A stretch of 64,000 bases of DNA from assembly GCA_050273025.1 (NCBI GenBank), contig CP158635.1, positions 2,976,001-3,040,000 on the forward strand, written 5' to 3'. Shown here piece after piece: positions 39,616 through 52,250 of this stretch. The translations under genes were made by a program, and so were the position numbers. The stretch is from Cenococcum geophilum (Eukaryota). The notes beneath the pieces are model-generated. The model was not told the DNA's origin. It ran no database searches and was given only the letters and a program-made list of their open reading frames with translations. Positions within the stretch are counted from its first letter, which is position 1. The number at the start of each line of letters is the position of its first letter.

Positions 39616-42600
39616 TACGCAATTACTTTAGTAAATACTATACCCTCTACCCTCTTAAGCAGAAGACTGCTGAGGAAGTCGCTGCTGCCGTATTATAATG
39701 GATATATTACTACAGTATTTACCCGCGTATTTGGTAGAGTAATAACGGTATAAAGTTTAAAGGCGCCCTTCTTATATTACTTCGTCGCTATAGAGTAAAA
39801 GTTATTAACAGCTGCCTACACTACCCTTAATTGTAAGGCCTAGTAGAGCAGGCTAATAGCTTTATAAAGAAGAAGCTTTATATAGTAAAGCGACTCTTAG
39901 GAACTTCGCGATAGGTAATAGCTTGCCTAATTATCGCGGCCTTAATTAATTGCACGTACCACGAATTAATTAGCTGCATGCCTTTTCGCTATCTATATAG
40001 AAGAGATCCTTAGGCTTTTGCTTTAGTGGCGTCTGCTCTAAGGGCCATGGTAGAGCCTCTATTTAATACTAAAGTCTTTAAAGCCGAGAATGAGGATCTA
40101 GATAGTAATAAGGAAGTTTTAGGCCCTTTATTAGAAGAGAATAGTAATAGGCGAGAGGCTGCTAAACAGAAGCGCAATAAGGAGGATAATCGCTCTATTG
40201 CTTTAAGCGCCTTTACTGCTTCTAATAAGGATCGCGATGATATTTCTAATATAGAAGATAATAGTGATTAGCTCTTAACCTCGGATAAATCTTCTAATAA
40301 GGAAGATAAGGATTTGAATAATAGTAGCCTTCTAGATTTAGGAACTACCTCTATAGGCAATTGCAATCGGTTTAAAGAGGACTATAATTTACCTAATAGA
40401 TTATAAAGGTAAGAGACTCCTCCGAATTATACTCTATCTAATGACGATCGCCTCTCTCTTAATTACTTACCAATCTTAATTTGAACTCGTTAAATTCAAT
40501 TATTAGGATCAAGTAGATTTAGGCAGCCTCTACCTTTACTAAAAGGCTTTCTTATACTAAGTTAAGAGGCCAGTATACGGGAGGCGATTAAGATAATGGA
40601 TAGAGAGGCCGAAGCCTCGGCGGTAGTAAGATCTAAACCTACCGTAAATCTACATCGTATAGTTAAGAGAGCTCTATAATCTATTTAGTAGTAAGAGCAA
40701 TTGTATTTAGATAACTGGATTAAAGATCTAAATAATCTTTACTATATCCCTAGAGGCTACTTTATAGATGATTTTGCGGTTTAAATTAAAGCTTTATAAT
40801 TACAGCTCTATCGTAAAGCTAGTGGAGCCGGTGTTTTACTAGTAGATCTTTAAGAGTATTACAATGTGGTTATACCTGCTTTTAGGCATAAGTTAAGTCG
40901 GGTAATTAAGAACTCTAGTAATCCTATTTACGCCATTCTACTATAGCTAGAGCTTAAGCGGCAGGTATTAAAGAAGCTTAAAGAGCGCTAAAAGGAACTA
41001 CAGCTGTAGAGGTGTTTAGTAGAGTCGGACTCTATTTACGATATATCGGATATTTATAAGAGAGTTTAATAGCGATTAGCTCACTCTCGCGACTAGATAA
41101 AGAAGAAGTACGGTATACAGCACTCTATTACTACATTTAGTGTAGGCGACTTAGTCCTTTTTCTAATTCCTAAAAAGCTTTAAAAGGCTACTAAGATCTT
41201 TTATATACCTAGCTGTATCTACAAGATCCAAAATTAAGGCTACTATAAGATTTATACTCAATACGGAATTATAAAAGAGCCCTTTTTTAGTAACGAGCTT
41301 ATTAAACTAGGAGAGACTTATAACGCTTAAATTCCTATAAGCGTTAATAAGATTATACTACTTTTAAAAGTAGTAAAAGCTTACCTAACTACTGCATGGC
41401 CTACTAGCTGTACGTATAAATAAGGATACAGTAATTATTAATATAGTTATTGAAAAGGAAATATAGAGTATTCTATATACTGCTATAGAGGGAAATACTA
41501 TATAAATTAACTAATAGAGGACTCTATAGAGCCTTCTGCGAGAGGCTATAGAAGGCTTACTAGTACTTAGCTTAGCCCTTAATTAAAGCAAGCCTAATAG
41601 GAGACCTTATTGTAAAGCCCTATACTACCTTAATTAATAGTAGCAAATAAAGAAGGCAATTAATTAAGCCTACTTTAAAGGCTGCGTAAGGTAAAGGAAA
41701 GGAAAACTATAGAACAAGTAAGGTTAGCGTAGTTAGGGGAAATCTAAATTATAATCGCGCTAAACCTAATTAGGTAATTAGTCTACGGCCGGTAGAACCT
41801 TAGAGGGCCTGGTTTTTAAGAGATCTTAGTAAGATTAGAGCTTTATAAGATTTTTAATTTTTGGTATTAGGGAACGTAATCGATTACCCCTAACCTAATT
41901 AGCTTCTACTACTTATAGGCTTTATCTATAACGCGGAAAAGCTTTTAAATATACTTATTAATTGCAGTGTAATCTAGTTTAGATGGAATTTAATAGTATT
42001 ATAGTGGTTAGGGGGGGAGTAGTTAAATTTAATCTCTAAAGCCTTCTAAAATCTTAGTAGAAAATTAAGATCTTATACTTTTGTGCTAAATATCGCGATT
42101 ATGCTCTACTAGATGTTTAATTATAATATGCAAGATATATTACTACATATTTTACACCTAAAATTAACTAAATTATATATTTACCATTATTTGCAACTAT
42201 CTACTATACCATATTTTTTAAATCTGCCTGTAGAAATGGCCAAAAAAAGGCTTTGTATAGCTTTAAAAGTTTAATATAGTATTAAATCTTTTCCGGAATG
42301 AAGTAATTGTTCTGGAATTAAGACGATAAAACCGATATACGATTTGTTCCTCTTTAAAGACGATCTGTTCCGGTATAAAGCAGAAATAATCCGGAACGAG
42401 CCATGTGCCGGTATAGGGCAGAATATAAGATCACCTAAATTCGATGCGTTGTGGGCGGGGCTCGCTTAATCGGATTTTCGCAATACTTTCGCAAAGCACA
42501 GTAGGACGCGAAAGAGCTGTATCGCCCCCCACCAAAATATGTAAGAGGGGCAATTCTTTTGATTTTAACCACCTATAATGCATTAACTGCCTACTATAAG

Positions 42601-43184
42601 TGCCCAAATATTGAAGCTGGCGCGTTACCTGGTTAAGTTAATTATATAGAAATTTTGGTGTTGTAACTTGTGGCGTTAGATCTATGGGAGAACTACAGCT
42701 TTAAGATTAGTACGTTGGTAGAATTAGGTCTCTAATCTTAAAGTTTAAGCTTTAAGCAATTAAGATAGTATTTATCTATTTATCTACAATATATCCTACT
42801 TCTTGGAAGTAGGCTTCTACGTGCGTACTATATACTTAACTAACAGCAAAATATAAGAAGCTCTTAAAGCTCTTAAAGTTTATAACTAGCTGCTAGTTCC
42901 TTCTAATCTAAGCCTTAATATTATTAAATATAGCCTTAATAGGATTATAATCTGGTGAGTATAGTAGTAGGAATTTTAATAAGACGCTATACTGCTTATA
43001 AAGCTCTTAAAGCCGTGTTAATTTATAGATTGCCATATTATTAAAAATAAGGACTAATCTTAGCCCTAGATAAGGTGAATAATAAGGTAGTACCTACTCC
43101 TCTATAAAGGCTTTAAATATTACGGAGGTAATAGAGCCTTAAAAGATAATATAGCTAAGATATCCGTTAACTGCTAACGCTAAT

Positions 43185-43311
43185 TATGAGGTGATAAGCT
43201 CCGTACCACTCAGCCACACAAACCTACAAAAGGTAAGCAAGTGACTGGCTTAATGCCAGACACGGCTGTGCGGAACAATATATATAGGTGAGGTGACTTC
43301 GTCACCTAACA
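43185..43311. mobile_element. Solo LTR (127 bp)
   Basis: Ends TATGAGGTGA..TCACCTAACA (RIPped TG..CA, inverted); TSD CTAAT; removal restores the transposase frame. Confidence 0.7.
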
Positions 43312-44149
43312 CTAATAGGATGCTTTACCTCTCTAACCTCTTAAACGGGCGTAATATACCACACTTAGTCCCTTCTAGTAACTAGCCGTGCTTCCTATTA
43401 CCAGTCCTCTTATTTACTGCTAACTTATTAAAAAATATAAGCTGCTCTGCTATCTAGCTCTTTTAGATACTAATCTAGGCGTTATAGAAGAGGCTGCTTC
43501 TTTTAGCCGCCCGAGCTTTAACTATCTTCCACGACCAGCAATTCCTCTTAAGGATATTGTGAATAGTTATAGTAGAGACTTGGGCGTCAAACTTGTTAAA
43601 TAGAAAGGTCTGCATCTTATCTAAATACGCGGTTGGCTGGCGGAGCGTCTTTGGGCACAATTATCCTTACCTTAGAAGCTTAGACCAAGAAATCGATTGC
43701 GGATATATAAATATCCGAGCCGTCCACTAAGCTGACTTAGGACGTCAATCGTTTTCTTGGTCTGAGGGACTTTAGCGAGATTTGTAGAAAACCTAAACAC
43801 TGTCTATATAAGAAGACCTCACCAACTTTAACAAAATTGATTTACCCTTCCACAGCACCTGTTGACATAAATATTACACCAAATTATAGAGAAAAGCCTA
43901 CTCTATAAAGCTATAAGATCCTCAGCTCCTTATACCCACGCGATATTAAGAGGAAGTCGCTGCGGCAAAGGCTATAATTCTACCTTTGTTTCTGAGCCGC
44001 GTAATAAACACTAATAACCACGCCGCCAGCCCTCTCTACAACTAGCGGATATTCCATCTGCTATATACCTGTTTAATTTATTTACTTTACAGCCCTTTAT
44101 AGGTTATAGTGTAGGCCCTAATAGAGTTACAAGCTCTGCGGAATAAAGC

Positions 44150-44325
44150 TTAGAGCTTTATATGGAGCTCTACCAAAGCTCTACAAAAGCTCTGCAAAAG
44201 CTCTGCACGAAGCTCCGTACGAAGCTCCGTCAAAGCTCTACTTAAAGCTCTACTTGAAGCTCTGCTCGAAGCTCTACTAAAGCTTTGCAAAAGCTCTGCA
44301 CGAAGCTTTGCACGAAGGTCTGCAT
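44150..44325. repeat. 12-bp tandem array (GAAGCTCTGCAC-like), continuing at 49925-50040 after the copia insertion
   Basis: aagctct repeated every 12 bp. Confidence 0.9.
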
Positions 44326-44326
44326 A

Positions 44327-47300
44327 TGTCAGATAACTTATATAGAGCTATTCATTGATGAAATGGGTTGATTGATTGATGATCTTGATGGTGTCTTGTT
44401 CGATGCTTGATGGTTAATTGACCTAGGGCCCCTGGGCTTAGACGAAGATATTTACAATGCACGTGACTCGTGCACGTCCTACGCCACCAAGAATACAGAT
44501 TATCTGATATACCCCCTTAGCTTTAACCTGGTTAAGGACGAAGCTAGCCACCTTCTCATGTCCGTTAATGCGTTAATTAAACTATAATCTTATCTAAATC
44601 CTTCCGTCTCGCTCTAATATTCTCCCTTAGGTCCTCTAGTTGCTTCTCCTTATTTAGCTACTCCTTAATATCCACCATTCCGATTATATTAACGAAGCTT
44701 TTAAACCTCTGCTTGGGCAGGGCCTTTATAAGTCCATCGGCGATTATCTCCTTTGTCGCTTTCTATTAAAATAGCACTCGTCTTATTACGTATTCTTAAC
44801 GCAACTAGTGTTAATAGATATTAACGTATTAGAGCTTTGTAATTAGCTTTACCGTGTCTTCTATAATTAATTAGAGTGTCTAGGTATTATCATAGTTAAT
44901 AATTAAGGGCTTATTTAGCCTTAATGTTATTGCTTTAAGCATCCTACTAATAAAGATAGCTTCCTTTACTGTTTGTAATAGGGCTAATAACTTAGCTTCT
45001 GTGCTTAACGTCGTTACTATATCCTACTTATTTGCTCTCTAGGCGATCGGTCCCCTGAATAGCTTTATAATATATCCTTACGAGCTCTTTTTGTTGACGG
45101 AGTTATCCGTAAACAATGCATCGCTGGTATAGATAAATAATTGCGCTTTACTTCTACCATCTCCTCCGTTGTCTCGTCCTTTGTCGCGTATTTCTTTATC
45201 TCTCCCTCTACCGTTCGTTCCTTCTTTATCTCCTCTATAGTAGATTACTCTGCTCCTTATGCTATATAGGTACTAGATTACTCTATCTGCCGCTTAATGG
45301 TGCTTATAGCTTAGGTTCTAATTAAACCTTACTAGCTATAATATTGTAAAAGCAATATCCGGACGCGTTATAGTGGCTACATAGAGTACTAAACCCAATT
45401 TTCTCTAATATAGCATTGTAGAAGCTAGTAGGGATATAGAATGAACTAATAGGTCTGTATTAGGGGACGGACGCGTTAGATGGATTAATTAGTAATTAGT
45501 AGGGAGGAGTTCCAATTCTGCCATAAGAGTGTCTGGAAGACGCCCTTTAAGATCTATCTTATACTAGTTAGCTATCTTCTTAATATAGGCTTCCTGCGAT
45601 AGCTATAGGAGCCTTTGGCTACGATTACGTAGTATATAAATTTCTAGAAACTATTTTAGCTCGCTAAGGGTACTTATCTGGTATTCCTTGCTTAGCTCCT
45701 TAATTGCTTCTTAAGCTTTCTTCTTATCTATCTTTTAGTAGCAGAAGACAATATTATTAACGTAGAAGAAGACGACTATTTTACCTTTTAGCATAATATA
45801 CGGCTCCTAGGGTACTTCTTTAAAACCCAATTCGTTTAATAAGCTCGTGAAATTCTTCTGCCATAATAGTGGTGATCGTTATAGTCCATATAGGGCTTTT
45901 CTTAAGCACAGTACTTTATCTATCTTTTCTTTATTAAACCCTAGCGGTAGCTTTATATAGACAACCTCGTTAAAATCGCAATGGACAAACGCATTAACTG
46001 CATCTATCTGTGTCGTCTCTAGGTTAAATTTTATAGTGATCGCCATAAGGGTTTAGAAGGTCGTACTAGCTAATATAGTAGCTCTCGTAGGTAGGTCTCC
46101 TGGGGCCTGTTAATTTCTGTATACTACTAAGTGTGCCTTATATTTCTAAAGGAACCTATGCTTATCCGTCTTATAGACGAATACCTATATTAAGCTAAGG
46201 ACCTGCTGTCCCTTTATATACTTCTTATCTGTTTCTTAAAACGACCTTATTTAATAATAAGATTGGAGGTGGGCTTGTTAAGCCTCTTAGAACTAATCTT
46301 AAAGAGGGTATATATTAAGGTCCTTAATTAACTAAGGTAGTGGAGGTAAGTTCTTCCTATATAATCTAATATTACGTATTCTGCCTAATTTTAGCTTACT
46401 ATTATTAAGTTAACTATTGAGATTAAACTTCCTTCCTACTACAAAGGCGCTATAATAGGCTAAGGTAATCCTTTTAGTTATAAAGTCTTTAAACCTGTTA
46501 TTACCGGTTTCCTTAAACGAGTCTTTAACCGAGTTGTTAAACACCCCCTAAGTGTAAAACCTATCTTTTACTCGGTTAATAGTGTCCTAATTAATATCTA
46601 ACTTTATAGGATACTTAACGTAAAAGGCATATAGAGATTCTTCGTCTTCTTCTGTTGGAGGTGGCGTACGATACGCATCTTTAAGGATTCTTATAAGCTT
46701 AAGATCTGCTAACTTATTAAAGGCTTAAACTGGCTCATTAACGTCATCGTCTTCCTCTTAAATTAACGGTTTAAATACTTCTTTATCGTCTTCTAGAAGG
46801 ACCTCGTTCTTAGTTAGGGTATTAGGAAGTTAAATCTTCTCAATTAGCGTGTCTAATTTAGCATATAGGTCCTCTAAGATATCCGTTTATTTGCCGTTAA
46901 AGAACGTCTTTTTATTAAAGATAACGTCCCTAGTAGAGATAATAATACCTCTATATGGGATCTAGATCCTGTAGATATTGGTAGAGTTATAGCCAATAAG
47001 GTAGCTAATGTGGGCTCTTAGATCTAGCTTGCTTAGCCTTTTCTTCTTTAGCTAGGCGTCCGACGTTATCGCGTACGCCCTATAGCCGTAGGCTTTTAGG
47101 TGCGCTAGTTACGGTTTTCTTAATCTCTTATTGGCTAGGTAGGTATAGAACCTCTTATATAGCGATATCCATCTATTACTTTCTTATAGCGTTTAATCTT
47201 AAAGGTAGACTATATAGTTAACTATCTCGTTCTATAGATTATATAGTAAATTAGCAGTAATTCTTATTACACGTCCTTTCTTAATAATTATACCCCCTAA

Positions 47301-49922
47301 GCATTTAGCGGTACCATTTTATACTTAGGTATATAGCGCCAAAGGCTTAAATGTAATCCCTTAGGTCTGTAGCTATTTAAGGGTTCTCCTTCTTCCTAGC
47401 TCATTGTCTAATCTAATAGTATTAACTTTAAGGTTATACCTTAGACGAATCCATTAGATGAAATCTTTAAGCACTTATAGTGTCTCCTTCTCCTTACTAT
47501 ACGTTATTATAAAATATAGGAAGGTTCTTCCTAAAAAGGTGTTGTGGATAAGCATAACTTGTATAAAACTAGTATATGCTTTCTTAAGGTTAGTCTAGTT
47601 AATATAGAGGTTAAGACAGGGTTTATTAATTTTCTGTTTTAAGAACCTTCTTAAGACCTAATGCTTAATTTTGGCGAGACTGCAGTATTAATATTCCGTT
47701 ATCTTTAGGCCTTAAAGCTTAACTCCTAGGGCGTTAATACCTAAATAATAAAGGCTTATAGGTCCTAGATGTCCTAGACGCAGATACTATAAATATACAT
47801 TACCTTTTAAATCTGGACGAACGTCTCTTAACGATATTCTGCGCTTCCGTTAGCGGCGTGGCTATTAGCTTAAAATAAAAGCTAACAGTCTTCCTAGTTG
47901 GACATAGTTAATAGTCTATTATCTATAACGTTCTTTTATTTAATATAGGACTAAGTTATCCTTTTAAACTAGAAGATTATTCTCTCCTTTATTGTCCTAG
48001 TAGTACCCTTATTTTTAAAGTAGACGGAATAATACTAGATTTATATTAAAATCTATATAAAAGGCAACGTCCTTAAGACGTAGGATTCCCTTACTCTTGT
48101 CTAGTTTTGTAATTTAAATAGTAACGTCACCGTAGCCTAGTATAGGCACTTTTAAGCTACCGGCGATAACGTATTTGTGTCTTAAAGCTTTCCTAAAGTT
48201 ATAGAAATAAGAGAGGTTATTAAAGATATAGAGAGTGGTTCCTAAGTTAAGAATAGTTAATAGCTTTAGCGGATGGAGTTAACTGGTGTAATACGATTCT
48301 AGGAATATTATATTAGCTTTTCCCTTAATCTTAACTATCTCCTAGCTCTTATCCTATCGTTATTAAGCCTTATCTTTTTATTCTTTAAATCTAATCTTTA
48401 TAACTTAGTTAGTGAGATCCTTATTCTTTTCTACCTTCTTTAGCACCCTTTTAATATAAGTATCTCTAATTATAACTTCTTTAGGTCTTTTGTCTTTAAA
48501 TAAATACTAATAGTCTTAAAGGGAATATCCTTATTTCTCGCACGCTAAGTATATAGGTAGTAGCTTTTTACGGGACGTCTTCTTATCTACTAGTAACCTG
48601 GCTCTCTTTAAGCGTCTAGTATATACTAAGGTTCCTTTCCCTAGACCTTTAGTAGTATTAGAGTAATCTATTATAGCTTGCTCTGCGAAGTCTACATTAA
48701 AGGTACTCCCTCTTATAGTAGTATTAGCTTTCTTTAAGGGTATTCTAAGTCCTTCTTATAGCTCCTTTACTACTCTGCGGTATTTAGAAGATCTTAACTT
48801 CTAAGGGTTATTTAACTTGGTAGTATACTTTATATAGTAGGCGTCGCTAAAAGGTTAAATAACTTCTACTAAGTCTTATAGCCAGATTCTATTAGACATT
48901 TAAGGTATTTTATACTTCTCTCCTAGTACTATTACGTATTCCCATTAATCTAGCCACTAATTTAATTTTAATAAGTATTTAAACCCCTTAAAAGCTTCCG
49001 TGTACTAGTATTATACCTTCTTCCTAATAAATAATAAGGTCGGTTCTGTGTTCTCCTTTAATTAAGATAGCCATTCTTTAACTATAAGGGAAGGGTTAAG
49101 CAGTAGCTTCTTCTAAATCGATACTGTGGACGTGATTTTGGTGCGGATTTGTTAAAGGTGCTCTTTTTATTTTAGGAAATACTTTATGTCCTAGTTGTAG
49201 TATCATCTGCTATTCTTATACGCCCTCTATTAATTCGTTAAAAGCTATGCATATAAGGTTGCATTCTCATTAAAATCTATAACTTCTGGATGGGGTGGTG
49301 CATATAGTAGACCTCGTTAAGGTGCTTCCTTATCTGGGTTAACGTAGGCCCAAATTTGCTAATCCACAAGGGCTTATAGTTGCCATAGCCATTGTTCCCA
49401 GTCTTCTAGCTTATTAAGGATAATCGTATTTAACGAACTTATTAGTGGAGTTATTTAACTAATAGGCAAAGGAGGAATTAAGATGGTATTTTGTTGTTAG
49501 GATCGTCCTTATCATTAGGATCGTCCTTATTATCAGGATTGTCCTTTAACGATTAAGGTGGAGTCTCGTGGAATCTCGTGGAATCTTGTGGAATCTCGTC
49601 CTGTAACAATTGAGGTAGGATTTTAATCAGGGTCGTCTTGTGACAATGAGGTTTCAGAGTCTAACGATAAGGTAGAATTTCTTTAAATAATTAAGTAATA
49701 GCTGAAAAGCTTCTTGTGTCGGCGGACCGGGCTTATAACTGTCAGATAACTCATATAGAGCTATTTATTAATAAAATGGGTTGATTAATTGATAATCTTA
49801 ATAGTGTCTTGTTCGATGCTTGATAGTTAATTAACCTAGGGCCCCTAGGCTTAGACAAAGATATTTACAATACACGTAACTCGTATACGTCCTACGCCAC
49901 CAAGAATATAGATTATCTGACA
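44327..49922 (-). mobile_element. Ty1/copia LTR retrotransposon, full length, RIPped
   Basis: 183-bp LTRs at 44327-44509 and 49740-49922; TSD gcata/gcaca; PBS-like gttataagcccgg; PPT aagggggta; domain order gag-PR-IN-RT-RH. Confidence 0.96.
44515..49443 (-). pseudogene. copia gag-pol polyprotein
   Basis: ILNKLEDWEQWLWQL (gag), LRLGHLGP, IRLDNE, LRKALYGL*RSPLLWQK, FFYVNNIVF (YVDD), RNase H IADGL. Confidence 0.92.
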
Positions 49923-50234
49923 GCACAAGCTCCGCTTAAGCTCTGCTCGAAGATCTGCTCGAAGCTCTGCTTAAACCTCTACTCAAAGCCCTACTTAAAG
50001 CTCTGCTTAAAGCCCTATATATAGCTCTAAAGCTCTACTAATACGCAGCACTTATATACTAGGAAGGTTCTACAATCGCTTATACAAACGCCCGTATAAA
50101 CGCCCATACAATTAATCGATTAATTGCCTATATAAACGTCTCTACAAACGTCTCTATAATTAATCGCCCGTATAAACGTCTGCACGTCTGCATATCTATA
50201 CGTCTATATATCTACACGTCTACACGCCTAAATG

Positions 50235-50445
50235 TGGCTTTATATAAGGCTCTGTATAAAGCTCTATATAAAGCTCTACACGAAGCTCTACACAAAGCTC
50301 TACACGAAGCTTTATATAAAGCTCTATACAAAGCTCTACATAAAGCTCTATACGAAGCTCTATATAAAGCTCTATATAAAGCTCTATACAAAGCTCTATA
50401 TAAAGCTCTGCTAAGGCTCTATATAAGGCTCTGTTAAGGCTTTAT
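50235..50445. repeat. 12-bp tandem array in copy A
   Basis: aagctcta(c/t)a(c/t)(a/g) about 17 times. Confidence 0.92.
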
Positions 50446-51469
50446 ACAAGACTGCCTAAAGCTTACCCCCTAGTAGTAGCAGAGGCACTCTAGGCTAAGG
50501 GAGGATATTTTTAAGGAAGGACCCAACTATAGCACCTACTAGGTGTTGTAATAGCTTTAAGTAGTAGATATCTATATATCTATATAGTTTTATCTATATT
50601 AGTAAACTATTTAATAAAATATAATATATGCTTAGGCTTTTAATAACGCGTTTTTTAACTTTAACAAAATTAATATTAGGACTAAGTAGTAGCCGTATAA
50701 TAAAATTTATACTATTTAGAAGCCCTAAGTCTTAAAAAAAAAGTAACTACGGGGTTTAATAATAACGCGTTATATAAATAAATAAATTAGATATCCGCAA
50801 TCTCTATTTTACAAATTTTACTTAGAATTTTAACAAAACTCGCCAAACCCTCTTAGACGTGATTTTGCAATTTAGAAGACGGCGTAGGTTATTCCAACAC
50901 TAGCTAAAAAATCACGTCTAAGATCGCTGAGGTAATAATTTTCCTATATAACCGTAATTAATAAGCGCTTACTAATGCACCTACACGGGCCGCTATTGGG
51001 TTACCTTAGCGAGCTTAGACGCGATTTTTTAGCTAGTATTAAAATAACCTACGCCGTCTTCCGAATTGCAAAATCACGTCTAAGAGGGTTTGGCGAGTTT
51101 TATTAAAAGTATAAGTAAAATCCATAAAACGGAGATTACGGATATCTAATTTATTTATTCACATAACGCGTTATTATTAAACCCTATAATTACTTTTTTT
51201 TTAAGACTTAGGGCTTCTAAATAGTATAAATTTTATTATATGGCTATTACTTAGTCCTAATATTAATTTCGTTAAAGTTAAAAAACGCATTATTAAAAGC
51301 CTAAGTATATATTATATCTTATTAAATAGTTTATTAATATAGATAAAACTATATAGATATATAGGTATCTACTACTTAAAGCTATTGCAACACCTAGTAG
51401 GTGCTATAGTTGGGTCCTTCTTTAAAAATATCCTCCCTTGGCCCAGAGCTACTACTAAAGGGTAAGCTT

Positions 51470-51800
51470 TGGGCAGAGCCTTATGTAGAGCCTTAGTAGA
51501 GCTTTATATAGAGCTTTATGCAGAGCTTTAAGCAGAGCTTTAAGTAGAGCTTTAAGTAGAGCTTTTATAGAGCTTTGTACGGAGCTTCGTATAGAGCTTA
51601 ATACAGATCTTTATACAGAGCTTTGTGTAAAGCTTTATGCAGAGCTTCATACAGAGCTTCGTATAAAGCTTTGTGCAGAGCTTTATACAGAGCTTTATAT
51701 AGAGCTTCGTATAGAGCTTTATACAGAGCTTTGTGTAGAGCTTCGTGCAGAGCTTTATGTAAAGCTTCGCGTAAAGCTTTATACAGAGCTTTATACAGAG
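51470..51800. repeat. 12-bp tandem array in copy B
   Basis: agagctt every 12 bp. Confidence 0.92.
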
Positions 51801-52064
51801 CCACGTGCAGGCGTACAGACGTGTAGATATATAGACGTGTAGACGTTCGTACGGGCGATCAATTGCAGAGATGTTTATAGAGACGATTGTATAGGCAATT
51901 GATTAATTAATTATATGGGCGTTTATACGGGCGTTTGTACGGGCGTTTGTATAGGCGATTATAGAACCTTCCTAGTATAACGATAGAGCTGACGACTACG
52001 ATTTGTAATTGCTACTGTCGACAACGCTACTTAATTAGTATTTGGTAATAAGAATTGATAATAG

Positions 52065-52250
52065 GGGCTTTAAGTAGAGCTTCGAGCAGAGCTTTAAGCG
52101 GAGCTTTAAGCAGAGCTTCAAGTAGAGCTTTAAGCAGAGCTTTAAGTAGAGCTTTAAGCAGAGCTTCGAGTAGAGCTTCGGGCAGAGCTTTGAGCAAAGC
52201 TTTGAGCGGAGCTTCATACAGAGCTTTTACAGAGCTTTAGTAGAGCTCTG
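52065..52250. repeat. Second 12-bp tandem array in copy B
   Basis: gcagagctttaa-like units. Confidence 0.9.

Larger units (their letters stand above)
37060..41800 (+). pseudogene. DDE retroviral-type integrase/transposase of the Ginger-like element (zinc-binding region, rve core, acidic insert, VGD region, Cys-rich tail), split by the pogo insertion
   Basis: YLG*KKTY..YYGI..HC*IY; intron 37587-37643; NRI*GDLINMRFKPDGEYKWIL*I|RNYFSKY; W*SNNGIKF (QSDNGxEF); P*L*GLVEQAN; FSVGDLVLFLIP; Cys-rich C-terminus after RIP reversal. Confidence 0.87.
33293..42425 (+). mobile_element. Ginger-like (probably Ginger2/TDD) DNA transposon, core ~4.2 kb, with nested hAT and pogo
   Basis: ~140-bp TIRs (33293-~33433 and ~42286-42425); TGTTCT..AGAATA (RIP of AGAACA); 5-bp TSD TAAGA; encodes a retroviral-type integrase and no RT. 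Confidence 0.85.
43667..50935. mobile_element. Unclassified non-coding TIR element, copy A (~1.67 kb core, interrupted by copia)
   Basis: Ends TTACCTTAG..CTGAGGTAA; 9-bp TSD caattatcc/taattttcc; 12-bp tandem arrays. Confidence 0.8.

Noticed and set aside
33293..42425. Polinton/Maverick or gypsy LTR retrotransposon
   Set aside because: No PolB, ATPase or capsid genes and the core is only ~4.2 kb; termini are inverted rather than direct and there is no RT or RNase H.
50232..52240. ORF-track proteins such as KALYKALY / SRALSRAL
   Set aside because: Artefacts of 12-bp tandem arrays that are open in several frames on both strands; not genes.
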